The position numbers were made by a program, and so were the translations under genes. Shown here in pieces: positions 47,959 to 58,314 of a stretch of DNA of 64,000 nucleotides (position 1 is its first letter; every line of letters starts with the position of its first letter). The notes under the pieces are model-generated. The model was given only the letters and a program-made list of their open reading frames with translations. It was not told the origin of the DNA and made no database searches. Source of the stretch: a virus; the IMG/VR virus record IMGVR_UViG_3300032236_001081, positions 1 to 64,000 of that record; one strand, written 5' to 3'.

Positions 47959-49353
47959 ATGCAAATGTTCAATGCAGAACAATTGCAAGAAAAGTGGGCA
48001 CCGCTCCTTGATTTCAATGGAGTAGAATCTATTGGAGATTCACACCGTAGAGCTGTGACTGCTATCTTGCTAGAGAACCAAGAAAGAGCACTCAGAGAAG
48101 AAAGAGAGTTTCTTTCAGAATCACCCACTACTAATACTCAAGGAGCACCTGGTGCTGCTGGTTTCAGTTATGGTGCTGATGCAACTGGACCCGTAGCTGG
48201 TTTTGACCCTGTTCTTATCAGTCTCATTCGTCGTTCAATGCCTAACTTGGTCGCATATGACCTAGCTGGCGTTCAACCAATGAATGGTCCTGTAAGCTTG
48301 ATCTTCGCAATGAGATCGCGCTATAAGAACCAGTCTGGTGCTGAAACATTCTACAATGAAGTAGATACAGCATTCACTGGACAAAATTCTAGCTTTGATA
48401 ATACTGACGGTTGGGTTGATGGTGCGGTTGGACTTGGTACTACTGCACAGTCAGGCGGAAACCCCGGTCTTCTGAACCCTGATGGTAGTGGTGCTTACAA
48501 TGTAGGACAAGCTATGAGCACTGCTGAGGCAGAAAGTCTCGGTAGCACCTATGACAATAACAACCAGTTCAATGAAATGTCTCTCAGCATTGAGAGAGTG
48601 TCCGTTACTGCGAAGTCACGCGCCCTGAAGGCTGAGTACAGCTTAGAGCTTGCACAAGACCTCAAGGCTATTCACGGTCTGAATGCAGAAGCTGAATTAG
48701 CTAACATTCTCTCAACTGAAATCCTTGCTGAAATCAACAGAGAAGTTATCCGTACTATCTACGGAATTGCTAAGCCTGGTGCTCAGAACAATGTTGCAAC
48801 TAGAGGCATTTTTGACCTTGATGTTGACAGCAACGGTCGTTGGTCAGTTGAGAAGTTCAAAGGTCTTATCTTCCAAATCGAGCGTGATGCTAACCTCATC
48901 GCACAAACCACTCGTAGAGGAAAGGGTAATATCATTATGTGCTCTGCAGACATCGCTTCTGCTCTTGCACACGCTGGTATTCTTGATTATACCCCAGCAC
49001 TTAATGCAAACTTGACTGTTGATGACACCGGAAATACTTTCGCAGGCGTTCTTCAAGGTAAGTTCAAAGTTTATATTGACCCATATGCTGCTAACAACTC
49101 TGGTACTCAGTACTATGTTGCAGGATACAAGGGTTCTTCCCCTTATGATGCTGGTCTATTCTATTGCCCTTATGTTCCTCTCCAAATGGTTCGTGCCGTT
49201 GGTGAGAGAAGCTTCCAGCCAAAAATCGGATTTAAGACCCGTTATGGTATGGTTGCTAACCCATTTGCAGGCGGTCTTGACCAGGATATGGGAGTTATTA
49301 AGAGAAACAGCAATAACTACTACCGTAGAGTTACCGTAAAGAACTTAATGTGA
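47959..49353 (+). CDS. g23: Major capsid protein gp23
   Basis: KW.PLL, DPVLISL.RR.MP, GVQPM.GP, AKSRALKAEY..ELAQDLKAIHG, FQPKIGFKTRYG. Confidence 0.98.
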   Translation: MQMFNAEQLQEKWAPLLDFNGVESIGDSHRRAVTAILLENQERALREEREFLSESPTTNTQGAPGAAGFSYGADATGPVAGFDPVLISLIRRSMPNLVAYDLAGVQPMNGPVSLIFAMRSRYKNQSGAETFYNEVDTAFTGQNSSFDNTDGWVDGAVGLGTTAQSGGNPGLLNPDGSGAYNVGQAMSTAEAESLGSTYDNNNQFNEMSLSIERVSVTAKSRALKAEYSLELAQDLKAIHGLNAEAELANILSTEILAEINREVIRTIYGIAKPGAQNNVATRGIFDLDVDSNGRWSVEKFKGLIFQIERDANLIAQTTRRGKGNIIMCSADIASALAHAGILDYTPALNANLTVDDTGNTFAGVLQGKFKVYIDPYAANNSGTQYYVAGYKGSSPYDAGLFYCPYVPLQMVRAVGERSFQPKIGFKTRYGMVANPFAGGLDQDMGVIKRNSNNYYRRVTVKNLM

Positions 49354-49374
49354 GTTCAGTTTACATTTAACTTC

Positions 49375-49402
49375 AGGACCTCCCAAAAGGGGGTCCTTTT
49401 TT
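49375..49402 (+). terminator. Intrinsic terminator after g23
   Basis: AGGACCTCC-CAAAA-GGGGGTCCT followed by a T-run. Confidence 0.88.
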
Positions 49403-49439
49403 ATTGGAATAAATAGGTATGATTGAATAAATTGATAAA

Positions 49440-49982
49440 ATGTCGGGAAATCCTTGGCCTAATCAGATTACAAATAGAAACTTTCTATCTCCAATAGGAT
49501 TTAAATTTTCTTTGGTAAAGAAGCCAAAAATAGATTTTTTTTGTAATGCTGCAAATCTACCAGGTCTAAATCTAGGAGTTGCAATCCAATCTAATCCACT
49601 TAAACCAATTCCTATTCCAGGAGATACCTTATCTTATGAGGATTTAACTCTTCGTTTTATGGTAGACGAAGATATGGTGAATTACCTAGAAGTTTATAAT
49701 TGGTTGGTTCAATTCGGATTTCCAGATAACTTCGGACAATACCAGCAACTATTGAATGAAGATGAAAATAGTAAAGGAAAACAAAATGCAATTTCCGGTA
49801 TGTCGGATGGAACTCTTTTTGTTTATAACAATACTTTCAATCCAAATTTAAAAGTTGTTTTTAAAGACTTATTCCCAGTTTCTCTAAGTGGTATTTCATT
49901 TGATAGCACTTCAAATGATGTGAATTATGTGACAGCACAGGTCACTTTCAAGTATACTATATTTGATATTATTAAACTATAA
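49440..49982 (+). CDS. g3: Tail tube terminator / completion protein gp3
   Basis: NFLSP.GFKF, PGD...Y.DL.L.F.VDE...NY, FPVSLS. Confidence 0.9.
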   Translation: MSGNPWPNQITNRNFLSPIGFKFSLVKKPKIDFFCNAANLPGLNLGVAIQSNPLKPIPIPGDTLSYEDLTLRFMVDEDMVNYLEVYNWLVQFGFPDNFGQYQQLLNEDENSKGKQNAISGMSDGTLFVYNNTFNPNLKVVFKDLFPVSLSGISFDSTSNDVNYVTAQVTFKYTIFDIIKL

Positions 49983-49985
49983 TTT

Positions 49986-50414
49986 ATGAACATTAATGAA
50001 ATTGAAAGTCTCTGGGAAGAAGATAGTAAAATAGACCCAGATAATCTACATCTTGAAAGTATTAAAATTCCTTCTCTACACTCTAAGTATCATCAAATTC
50101 ACAATAATATATCATTACTTAAAAAGATAGAAGAAAATAAATTAGCAGTTATTGAGAAAGAAAAATGGTTATATTATTCAGGGAAAGCAAGTCCAGAAGT
50201 CTATAAAGAAACCCCATTTGACCACAGAGTGATGAAACAGGACTTAGATAAGTATCTACGGTCAGATGAAGATATTGTCAAAGTTATCACTAAAATTCAA
50301 TATTTCCAACTAATGTTGGACTATCTTGAAAGTATTCTCAAGACTTTACATAATAGAACTTTTGTAATTAAAAATGCAATTGATTGGTCTAAATTTTCTG
50401 CAGGATATGATTAA
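49986..50414 (+). CDS. uvsY: Recombination mediator UvsY
   Basis: W..DS.ID...L..ES..IP.LH.KY, YYSGK, IKNAI.W..F.AG. Confidence 0.92.
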   Translation: MNINEIESLWEEDSKIDPDNLHLESIKIPSLHSKYHQIHNNISLLKKIEENKLAVIEKEKWLYYSGKASPEVYKETPFDHRVMKQDLDKYLRSDEDIVKVITKIQYFQLMLDYLESILKTLHNRTFVIKNAIDWSKFSAGYD

Positions 50415-50416
50415 TT

Positions 50417-51889
50417 ATGTCAGATATTATTATTTCAAAAAAGAATGAGGTATACCTCAAACTCAAATGTGAGCCACATATTCTTTATGAATTGGCACCA
50501 TATTTTACATTTGAAGTTGAGAATGCCAAATTTATGCCTCAGACTAGAAGAAGGAACTGGGATGGAGTTATTCATCTACTTAGCACTCATACTGGAGAAC
50601 TTTATGTTGGTCTTCTTGATAAGTTAATTGAGAAGATAAAGTCTCACGAATATACCTATGAATTTGAAGATAGTAAATTCTATGGCCTTCCTTTTGAAGA
50701 AAATGAAATGATTTCTTTTGAAGGAGTTAAATCCTATATGAGGTCAATTCTTTCTTCAAAGTATGAAGCAAGAGATTATCAGATTGATGCAGTAACTGAT
50801 GCACTTAAATATAATCGTAAACTTCTTCTTTCTCCTACGAGTAGTGGTAAATCAATGATGATTTACACACTTATCCGCTATTACACTCAAAAGGGGCTTA
50901 AGACGCTTCTAATTACGCCTACAACTTCCCTTGTAGAACAAATGTATAAAGACTTCCACGATTATGGTTGGGACTGTGAGGAGTTCATACACCGGGTGTA
51001 TTCAGGCCGTGCTAAGCAAACAGATAAGCAAATTATGATATCTACTTATCAAAGCATTTATGATTTAGATAAAAAATATTTTAATGAGTTTGATGTTGTG
51101 ATTGTTGATGAAGCCCACACTGCAAAATCAAAGTCAATTACGGGTATTATGAATAAAATGCATAATACAAAATATCGTTTTGGATTTACTGGAACTTTAG
51201 ATGGAAGCACTACTCATAAATGGTGTCTAGAAGGAATGTTTGGTCCTACTTATAAAGTAACTCAAACTAAAGAGTTAATGGATAAGGGAAATATTGCTCA
51301 ACTTCAAATTCAAGTTCTTGTTCTTCAACATAAAGGACAAAAGTTTGAAACTTATGAAGATGAAATTCAGTATTTGATTACTCACGAGAAAAGAAATAAC
51401 TTCATCAAAAATCTTACTTTAGATTTAAAAGGTAATACTTTAATTCTTTATAGTCGGGTAGAAACTCACGGAGCAATCTTATATGACCTAATAAATAGTT
51501 CAGTGCCCGATGAACGAAAAGTATTTTTTGTTTTTGGTGGAGTTGACACTGAAGAGAGAGAGAAAATAAGGGAAATTACCGAAACTGAAACTGATGCAGT
51601 TATTGTTGCTTCTTATGGTGTTTTTAGCACTGGTATCTCCATAAAAAATCTTCATAATCTTATTTTTGCAAGCCCTTCCAAATCAAGAATAAGAAATCTT
51701 CAAAGTATTGGTAGAATACTTAGAAAGTCAAATACTAAAAATAAAGCAGTTCTTTATGATATTGCCGATGATTGCACTTATAATTCAAAAAAGAATTATA
51801 CACTAAACCACCTTATTGAAAGAATAAAAATTTATTCTGAAGAACAATTTAATTATCAATTACACAAAATTAACTTTAAAGAAAAATGA
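50417..51889 (+). CDS. uvsW: SF2 helicase UvsW
   Basis: SPTSSGKS, DEAH, GFTGTL, QSIGR.LR. Confidence 0.95.
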   Translation: MSDIIISKKNEVYLKLKCEPHILYELAPYFTFEVENAKFMPQTRRRNWDGVIHLLSTHTGELYVGLLDKLIEKIKSHEYTYEFEDSKFYGLPFEENEMISFEGVKSYMRSILSSKYEARDYQIDAVTDALKYNRKLLLSPTSSGKSMMIYTLIRYYTQKGLKTLLITPTTSLVEQMYKDFHDYGWDCEEFIHRVYSGRAKQTDKQIMISTYQSIYDLDKKYFNEFDVVIVDEAHTAKSKSITGIMNKMHNTKYRFGFTGTLDGSTTHKWCLEGMFGPTYKVTQTKELMDKGNIAQLQIQVLVLQHKGQKFETYEDEIQYLITHEKRNNFIKNLTLDLKGNTLILYSRVETHGAILYDLINSSVPDERKVFFVFGGVDTEEREKIREITETETDAVIVASYGVFSTGISIKNLHNLIFASPSKSRIRNLQSIGRILRKSNTKNKAVLYDIADDCTYNSKKNYTLNHLIERIKIYSEEQFNYQLHKINFKEK

Positions 51890-52311
51890 ATGAAGAAGAA
51901 TTCTATGCAACAATCAAATTAGTCTCTGGGGAAGAAATATTTGCAAAAGTATGTCCTTTTGATGAAGAAGATAAAACAATTTTAGTTTTAGATAATCCGA
52001 TTACAATAGAAACAATATATGTTCCTAGGTTTGAAGGTTCTATTGCAAAAGTGCATCCTTGGATTAAATTAAGTGACGATACTATGTTTATTATCAATTT
52101 AGATAAAGTTATTACTATGACAGAAGTGTTTGAAAGTTCTCTTATTAAGATGCATAAAAAATACAGCAGAGAACGGTTTAAGAGTTCTAATAAATCTGAA
52201 ATTACTCCTAATATGGGATATGTTTCATCTATTACTGATGCCCGTCGGGACCTAGAAAAAATCTATAACCTAGAGAGTTCTAAAAGTAATTTAGATAATA
52301 TAAAGGAATAG
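51886..52311 (+). CDS. Conserved cyanophage hypothetical protein
   Basis: YATIKLVSGEEI.A pattern; usual position between uvsW and g55. Confidence 0.75.
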   Translation: MNEEEFYATIKLVSGEEIFAKVCPFDEEDKTILVLDNPITIETIYVPRFEGSIAKVHPWIKLSDDTMFIINLDKVITMTEVFESSLIKMHKKYSRERFKSSNKSEITPNMGYVSSITDARRDLEKIYNLESSKSNLDNIKE

Positions 52312-52335
52312 AGTTATTTTCAACTCACAGAAGTT

Positions 52336-52420
52336 ATTATACTTACTTTAGAGTATGCCGTCAATAGGTATAAATACTCATCTTTTAAAATTGACTTATG
52401 TGGTAAGGTCTTGTTAAGAT
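52336..52420. promoter_or_regulatory. g55 control region with three promoters
   Basis: Minus strand TTGACG-17-TATAAT at 52336-52364; plus strand TATAAATA at 52369-52376; plus strand TTGACT-18-TAAGAT at 52391-52420. Confidence 0.65.
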
Positions 52421-52443
52421 ATTCACAAATAAAAGTATGTAAA

Positions 52444-52911
52444 ATGATTAAAAAACAAAAAAATATTCATTATGTAAACAATAAAGAATTTCACGAAGCA
52501 CTTATTGTTTATAAGAACAAATGTAATATAGCAAAAGAGAAAGGAGAGCCGAAACCACAAATTTCAACTTATCTCGGGGATTGCTTTCTAAAAATTGCTA
52601 CTCACTTATCATATCGTCCTAATTTTGTGAATTATATGTTCCGTGATGATATGATAAGTGATGGAGTTGAGAATTGTCTGCAGTATATTCATAACTTTGA
52701 TGTAGAAAGGACAAATCCATTTGCTTATTTTACTCAAATCGTATACTACGCATTTCTACGCCGTATAGGTAAAGAGAAAAAACAAGTAGAGATTAAAGAG
52801 AAAATTCTAGAAAGAACTTCATTTGATGAAGTCTTTACTGCCGACGAACATTTTAGTAGTTCAGATTACAACTCAATTAAAGAGGGTCTTTATTCTAAAC
52901 ATCGTTATTGA
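52444..52911 (+). CDS. g55: Late transcription sigma factor gp55
   Basis: HYVNNKEF, KIATHLSYRPNF.NY, NPFAYFTQI..YAFLRRI..EK; ATG at 52444. Confidence 0.96.
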   Translation: MIKKQKNIHYVNNKEFHEALIVYKNKCNIAKEKGEPKPQISTYLGDCFLKIATHLSYRPNFVNYMFRDDMISDGVENCLQYIHNFDVERTNPFAYFTQIVYYAFLRRIGKEKKQVEIKEKILERTSFDEVFTADEHFSSSDYNSIKEGLYSKHRY

Positions 52912-52913
52912 TT

Positions 52914-53963
52914 ATGAAAATTGCTTTAATTACGGACACTCATTTCAATTTTAAAAAATCAAATCAGATTTATCACGACTATTTTGAAAGATTTTATACA
53001 GATATCTTCTTTCCTACTCTAGAAGACCGTAGAATTGATACTGCTATTCATTTGGGGGACGCATTTGATAATCGCAAAGGAGTGGATTACTGGGCATTAG
53101 ACTGGGCACAGAGGGTGTTTTATGACAGACTTAATGATTTAAATATTAATCTTATTCAAATTTGTGGAAATCACGATAGCTTTTATAAGAATTCAAATAA
53201 AATTAATGCAATTGATACTCTTTTAAGAAGTTATAAAAATATAAATTCATTCTCATCACCTGGTGAAATTAAAATAGGAAATTTGCAGTGTTTAATTGTT
53301 CCTTGGATATGTGCTGAAAATGAAGAAGAAACCTTTACTTTGATGGAAAAGACCAAAGCGAAAGTTTTATTTGGTCATTTGGAACTTCAAGGGTTCACTT
53401 TATTTCCAGGAAAAGTGAATACTCACGGATTAACAACCGAAAGGTTTGAAAAGTTTGACAGAGTATACACTGGCCATTATCACGCTCGTAGTAATAATGG
53501 CAAAATCTTTTATCTTGGAAATCCATATCAAATGTTCTGGAGTGATGTAGACGATATGAGAGGATTTCATATCTTTGATACTGAAACTTATGAACTAGAG
53601 TTCATTCCAAATCCCTATAATCTATATGAAAGATTTTACTACGAAAATACTGATTGGAAGACTTTTGATTATTCAATTTTTGAAAACAAAAATGTAAAAA
53701 TAATTGTTAAAGAAAGAACCAGTCAAAGTGATTATGACAAGTTTATATCTAAAATTCTTGAAACTAATATCGTTGATTTGAATATAGTTGAATTAATTGA
53801 CCTTAATGATACTAATGTTAATTTTGATGATATTGAACCAGAAGACACATTCGCAGTTTTATCTAAATATGTAGAAGAAGCAGATTTTTCTTTAGATAAA
53901 GATATGATAAAAAATATTCTCCATAACACTTATAAAGAGGCATTAGAACTGGAGGCAGTGTAA
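52914..53963 (+). CDS. g47: Recombination endonuclease gp47 (Mre11/SbcD-like)
   Basis: ITDTH, HLGD.FD, GNHD, GHLE, GHYH. Confidence 0.95.
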   Translation: MKIALITDTHFNFKKSNQIYHDYFERFYTDIFFPTLEDRRIDTAIHLGDAFDNRKGVDYWALDWAQRVFYDRLNDLNINLIQICGNHDSFYKNSNKINAIDTLLRSYKNINSFSSPGEIKIGNLQCLIVPWICAENEEETFTLMEKTKAKVLFGHLELQGFTLFPGKVNTHGLTTERFEKFDRVYTGHYHARSNNGKIFYLGNPYQMFWSDVDDMRGFHIFDTETYELEFIPNPYNLYERFYYENTDWKTFDYSIFENKNVKIIVKERTSQSDYDKFISKILETNIVDLNIVELIDLNDTNVNFDDIEPEDTFAVLSKYVEEADFSLDKDMIKNILHNTYKEALELEAV

Positions 53964-54247
53964 TGTATATAATCGCTATTGCTGACTGTGTGGATGAAGG
54001 TGCATATGGAGTAGTAGACGAATGTGGTGAGAAGGCATTATGTTTTTTTGAGTCTGAAGATGATGCAATTAGATATGCAGGACTTTTAGAAGCAGATGAC
54101 TTCCCTGAAATGCAAGTAGTGGAAGTTGAAGATGAGATAGCAATTGAAACTTGTGAAAATTATAATTATCACTATGTGATAGTGAACCCTAATGAATTTG
54201 TAATCCCCCCAAAACAAAATGTTGAATATTCAGAGAATAAAATATAA
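53963..54247 (+). CDS. Conserved acidic hypothetical protein
   Basis: EGAY.V....L.FF...DDA.RY...LE; between g47 and g46. Confidence 0.75.
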   Translation: MYIIAIADCVDEGAYGVVDECGEKALCFFESEDDAIRYAGLLEADDFPEMQVVEVEDEIAIETCENYNYHYVIVNPNEFVIPPKQNVEYSENKI

Positions 54248-55934
54248 AAATATATTATCGGCAGGAAATCAATTTACAGAAGTTAATTTTACCGATACTA
54301 AAACTACTTTAATCGTAGGAGCAAATGGAAATGGTAAAAGTCTGATTATCACTGCTCTTATTTTTGCTCTATATGGTAGGTCCAATCGTGGGACCACTAA
54401 AAGTCAATTAGTCAATAGCACAAATAAAAAAGATTGTGTCGTTGAATTGGAGTTCTCAATAAAGTCAAAACAATATAAAGTGATAAGAGGGATATCTCCA
54501 AATATATTTGAAATATGGGTAGATGGAGTAGTGCAGAACCAACTTGCATCTGTAAAAGACCAACAAAAATATTTGGAGCAGTCTGTGCTCAGGATGAGTT
54601 ATAAGACCTTCATTCAAGTTGTTGTGCTTGGGAGTAATAACTTTGTTCCATTTATGCAACTATCTTCCTCTGACCGTAGAGACCTTGTAGAAGAACTATT
54701 GGATATTAAAATATTCTCATCTATGAATTCAATTCTAAAAGATAAGATTAAAAATTTAGAAAGAAAAAGGCAAGAAATTAATTACAATAAATCTGCTGTA
54801 ATTGATAAAATTGAAATGCAAAAGAATTTTATCAAAACTCTTAAAGAAGAAGGGGAAGTGATTATTGCAAAAAAGCAAAATAAGATTACTGAAATACAAA
54901 ATGAAAGTGAGAGTATTAATAGCGGAATTTCAACTACATTAAAAGATATAGAAGTTAAGCAAAAAGAATTGGAAAGTATTTCTTTTTCTTCTAAAAAACT
55001 TAAACAACTCATAGGTATTAAAGGTAAATTACAGCAGAAGTCTTCTATTCTTGAAGATGATAAAATATTCTTTCAAAATAACGATGTATGCCCAACTTGT
55101 AAGCAGGACTTACAGATTGAATTCAAAGATGAAATGATAGTAAAACTAAAAGATGAACTATCCGGAATTTCCAGAGGGTTCGTTGAATTAGAACAAGTCA
55201 TAGAAGAAGAGGAAACTAAAGAAAATGAATTTACTAAACTGTCTAGGAATATAACATCTTTAAATAATGAAATTTCTAACCAACAATCTCAAATACTTCG
55301 TAATGGCAAACAGATAAAAGAACTTGAAATTGAAATTGAAGAAACTTCAAACAAATTAAAAAATCAAAGTCAAGAAGCAAAAGTTCTTCGTGCATTGATG
55401 AAAGATGAAGATGCTTTAGATAGAGATAGTTCAAAGTGTAATGAAACAATACACTACTTTGAATTTGCACATCTTCTTATGAAAGATGGAGGAATTAAGA
55501 CAAAAATTATGCAGAAATATCTTCCTCTTCTTAATTTGCAAATTAATAAGTATTTGCAAATGATGGACTTTTATATTAATTTTACTCTTGATGAGGAGTT
55601 TAATGAAAATGTAAAAACTCCAATTCACGAAGATTTTTCTTATGGTTCTTTTAGTGAAGGAGAGAAGCAAAAGATTAATCTTGCAATTCTTTTTGCTTGG
55701 AGAGATATTGCAAAGATGAAAAACTCAATCAACTGTAATTTAATGATACTTGATGAAACTTTTGATAGTTCTTTAGATACCGAAGGTTCAGGAAATCTTT
55801 TAAAAATCTTGAACTATGTAATTAAAGACACCAACATATTTGTAATTTCTCATAGAATAGATGAGTTGATTGATAAATTTGATAGAGTGTTGGAAGTCAA
55901 AAAGATTAACGGGTTCTCTAAAGTTCTAAGTTGA
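54219..55934 (+). CDS. g46: Recombination ATPase gp46 (Rad50/SbcC-like)
   Basis: GANGNGKS, CPTC zinc hook, FSEGEK, LDETFDSSLD. Confidence 0.96.
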   Translation: MLNIQRIKYKNILSAGNQFTEVNFTDTKTTLIVGANGNGKSLIITALIFALYGRSNRGTTKSQLVNSTNKKDCVVELEFSIKSKQYKVIRGISPNIFEIWVDGVVQNQLASVKDQQKYLEQSVLRMSYKTFIQVVVLGSNNFVPFMQLSSSDRRDLVEELLDIKIFSSMNSILKDKIKNLERKRQEINYNKSAVIDKIEMQKNFIKTLKEEGEVIIAKKQNKITEIQNESESINSGISTTLKDIEVKQKELESISFSSKKLKQLIGIKGKLQQKSSILEDDKIFFQNNDVCPTCKQDLQIEFKDEMIVKLKDELSGISRGFVELEQVIEEEETKENEFTKLSRNITSLNNEISNQQSQILRNGKQIKELEIEIEETSNKLKNQSQEAKVLRALMKDEDALDRDSSKCNETIHYFEFAHLLMKDGGIKTKIMQKYLPLLNLQINKYLQMMDFYINFTLDEEFNENVKTPIHEDFSYGSFSEGEKQKINLAILFAWRDIAKMKNSINCNLMILDETFDSSLDTEGSGNLLKILNYVIKDTNIFVISHRIDELIDKFDRVLEVKKINGFSKVLS

Positions 55935-55959
55935 CTTCTTTCCAATTGATTGCTAAACT
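55931..55959 (+). promoter_or_regulatory. sigma70-type promoter
   Basis: TTGACT-17 bp-TAAACT with TG extension. Confidence 0.6.
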
Positions 55960-55981
55960 AACTCCGATGATTGACATTATT

Positions 55982-56281
55982 ATGGAAGAAAATACAAATG
56001 CTAATGGTTTCTGGAAATACAACGAAGATAAAATCCTGAAACAACTTGAAGAATATATTGCTGGCACTTATAGACAGCATTATGTTGATAGGACTGGTGG
56101 TGGAACAGAACAAACCATTGATAAGATTAAACATAATCGTCGTGAAGGATTTTGTGCTGGTAATATTACCAAGTATACTGACCGATATGATACTAAAGGA
56201 ACTCCTCGTGCTGACTTGTTTAAAGTTCTGCACTATACTATTCTTTTAATTAATCATCTCAATCTTGTTGAAAATAAGTGA
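55982..56281 (+). CDS. DUF3310/SaV-like protein (possible nucleotide kinase)
   Basis: HY...Q.ID....FC.GN..KY..RY..K....D..K..HY; ATG at 55982. Confidence 0.65.
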   Translation: MEENTNANGFWKYNEDKILKQLEEYIAGTYRQHYVDRTGGGTEQTIDKIKHNRREGFCAGNITKYTDRYDTKGTPRADLFKVLHYTILLINHLNLVENK

Positions 56282-56298
56282 AAATTAACCCTCAAATT

Positions 56299-56967
56299 AT
56301 GAAACTATCTGATAATACGATTAACATTCTAAAGAACTTTGCTACCATTAATCCCAGTATTCTTATTCGGAAAGGCAATACAATTAGAACTATTGCACTT
56401 TCAGGAAACATTGCAGCAAGTGCTGTTGTTACTGAGGAATTTGATACTGAATTTGGAATTTATGATTTAAACCAGTTTTTGAATGGATTAAAACTGTATG
56501 ATAATCCTGAACTAGACTTCTCTTCCGATGGATTTGTTTATATCCGACAAGGTAAGCACAGAATTAAATATAGATTGACGGAATCTATGTTGATTACCGC
56601 TCCAGAAAACCGTGATATGAAACTTCCTTCTCAGGATGTATGCTTTCAAATTGATGAAGCGCAGTTTGATAAATTAGTAAAAGCAAGTTCGGTATTTGGA
56701 CTTCCCGATTTGTCAGTTATTGGGGAAGATGGTGAGATTAAACTTGAAGTCCATCAGAAGGAGAATGTAACTACTAATGTAGTGTCTATTGATGTGGGTA
56801 AAACTGATAAGGAATTCTGCTTGAATTATAAGATTGAAAACTTGAAAATTATTCAAGGTTCCTATAATGTAGTTATTTCTGAGCAATTGGTATCTCAGTT
56901 TATTAATCAAAATTTTGATTTGACTTATTTTGTCGGATTGGAAAGCGACAGTTCATTTGACTCCTAA
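56299..56967 (+). CDS. g45: Sliding clamp gp45
   Basis: MKLS..T..ILKNFA.IN.S, F.IYDL.QFL; ATG at 56299. Confidence 0.95.
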   Translation: MKLSDNTINILKNFATINPSILIRKGNTIRTIALSGNIAASAVVTEEFDTEFGIYDLNQFLNGLKLYDNPELDFSSDGFVYIRQGKHRIKYRLTESMLITAPENRDMKLPSQDVCFQIDEAQFDKLVKASSVFGLPDLSVIGEDGEIKLEVHQKENVTTNVVSIDVGKTDKEFCLNYKIENLKIIQGSYNVVISEQLVSQFINQNFDLTYFVGLESDSSFDS

Positions 56968-56983
56968 TTTATAAATTTTTATT

Positions 56984-57928
56984 ATGCGTGAAGAATTCTT
57001 ATTTGTTGAAAAATACGCTCCGAAAAGCGTTAGTGAATGTATTTTACCTAAAGGATTAAGAGATTTCTTCGTTGAGGTTGGGAATTCTAAACAGGTTCCT
57101 AACCTTATTCTTTCTGGTCCTTCGGGTATCGGTAAGACCTCAACCATTAAAGCACTTGCAAATGAGTTGAAAATGGACTTTATGATGATAAATGGGTCGG
57201 AAGAAGGACGGTATATTGATACTATTCGCAATAAAGTACAGACATATGCATCTACAGTGTCTCTATCTAATAGTAGCGGTAAAAAAATTCTATTAATAGA
57301 TGAGGCAGATAATCTAACACACGATGCACAAAAGGCTCTTTTGGGGGTTATAGAGAAGTTGCAAAATAATTGCACTTTTATTTTTACCTGCAACTATAAA
57401 AATAAAATCTTACCTGCTCTACATTCTCGTTGTTCCTTGTTGGATTTTACAATTCCATCAAAAGAAAAGCCAAAACTTGCAAAAGCATTCTTTGAAAGAA
57501 TTATCAATATTCTTGAAACTGAAGGAATTGACTATGATAAAAAAGTTTTGGTAGAACTGGTTCAAAAATATTTTCCAGATTTTCGTAGAACTTTACACGA
57601 ACTGCAGAGATTTAGTGCTTCTGGGAACTTAGATATTGGGGCAATCACATCAACCTCAAATGCAAATATTAAAGAATTAGTTTCTCTTATGAAAGAGAAT
57701 AACTTTGGTGGAGTCCGTAAGTGGGTAGTTGAAAATCTAGATAACGAGGTAAATAAAATTCTTCGTCAGATTTATGATGAACTCTATAATGAACTTGTTC
57801 CATCTACGATACCATTTGCAATTCTTGTAATTGCAAAATATCAATATCAGTCTGCTTTCTGTATGGACCAAGAAATCAATCTTATGGCTTGTCTAATTGA
57901 AATTGTGAGAGAGTGTGAATTTCAATGA
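56984..57928 (+). CDS. g44: Clamp loader large subunit gp44
   Basis: EKY.P, GPSGIGKT, DEAD, LHSRC, PDFRR. Confidence 0.96.
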   Translation: MREEFLFVEKYAPKSVSECILPKGLRDFFVEVGNSKQVPNLILSGPSGIGKTSTIKALANELKMDFMMINGSEEGRYIDTIRNKVQTYASTVSLSNSSGKKILLIDEADNLTHDAQKALLGVIEKLQNNCTFIFTCNYKNKILPALHSRCSLLDFTIPSKEKPKLAKAFFERIINILETEGIDYDKKVLVELVQKYFPDFRRTLHELQRFSASGNLDIGAITSTSNANIKELVSLMKENNFGGVRKWVVENLDNEVNKILRQIYDELYNELVPSTIPFAILVIAKYQYQSAFCMDQEINLMACLIEIVRECEFQ

Positions 57929-58314
57929 CACATAATGTATGGGATATGGTGAACTCTGTCAGCGACACTAAGAAAAATTTATTGGAAGAGGATGTAGAAA
58001 ATATAAAAACCTATGAACCTTATTTGGTAAACAAATCGTTGTCATATCACAACGATGCATTGATGTATGCAAATGAAATGAATAGAAACTTTTTTATTGA
58101 TAAGGATATGCAATATAACTTTTATATAAATATTCTAAGAAAAAGGAAGAGATTCTCCTCCTGGATTAAAAAAGAAAAAGTAGATGATTTGGAATGTATC
58201 AAATCTTATTATAATTATAGTAACGAAAAAGCTCTCCAAGCATTAAAAATTCTTTCTGAAGTCCAAATTAACTTTATAAAGAAACAACTTGATACAGGTG
58301 GTATAACTAAATGA
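57925..58314 (+). CDS. g62: Clamp loader small subunit gp62
   Basis: Y.PY.VN..LS...D....ANEMN, Y.YS.EKA. Confidence 0.92.
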   Translation: MTHNVWDMVNSVSDTKKNLLEEDVENIKTYEPYLVNKSLSYHNDALMYANEMNRNFFIDKDMQYNFYINILRKRKRFSSWIKKEKVDDLECIKSYYNYSNEKALQALKILSEVQINFIKKQLDTGGITK

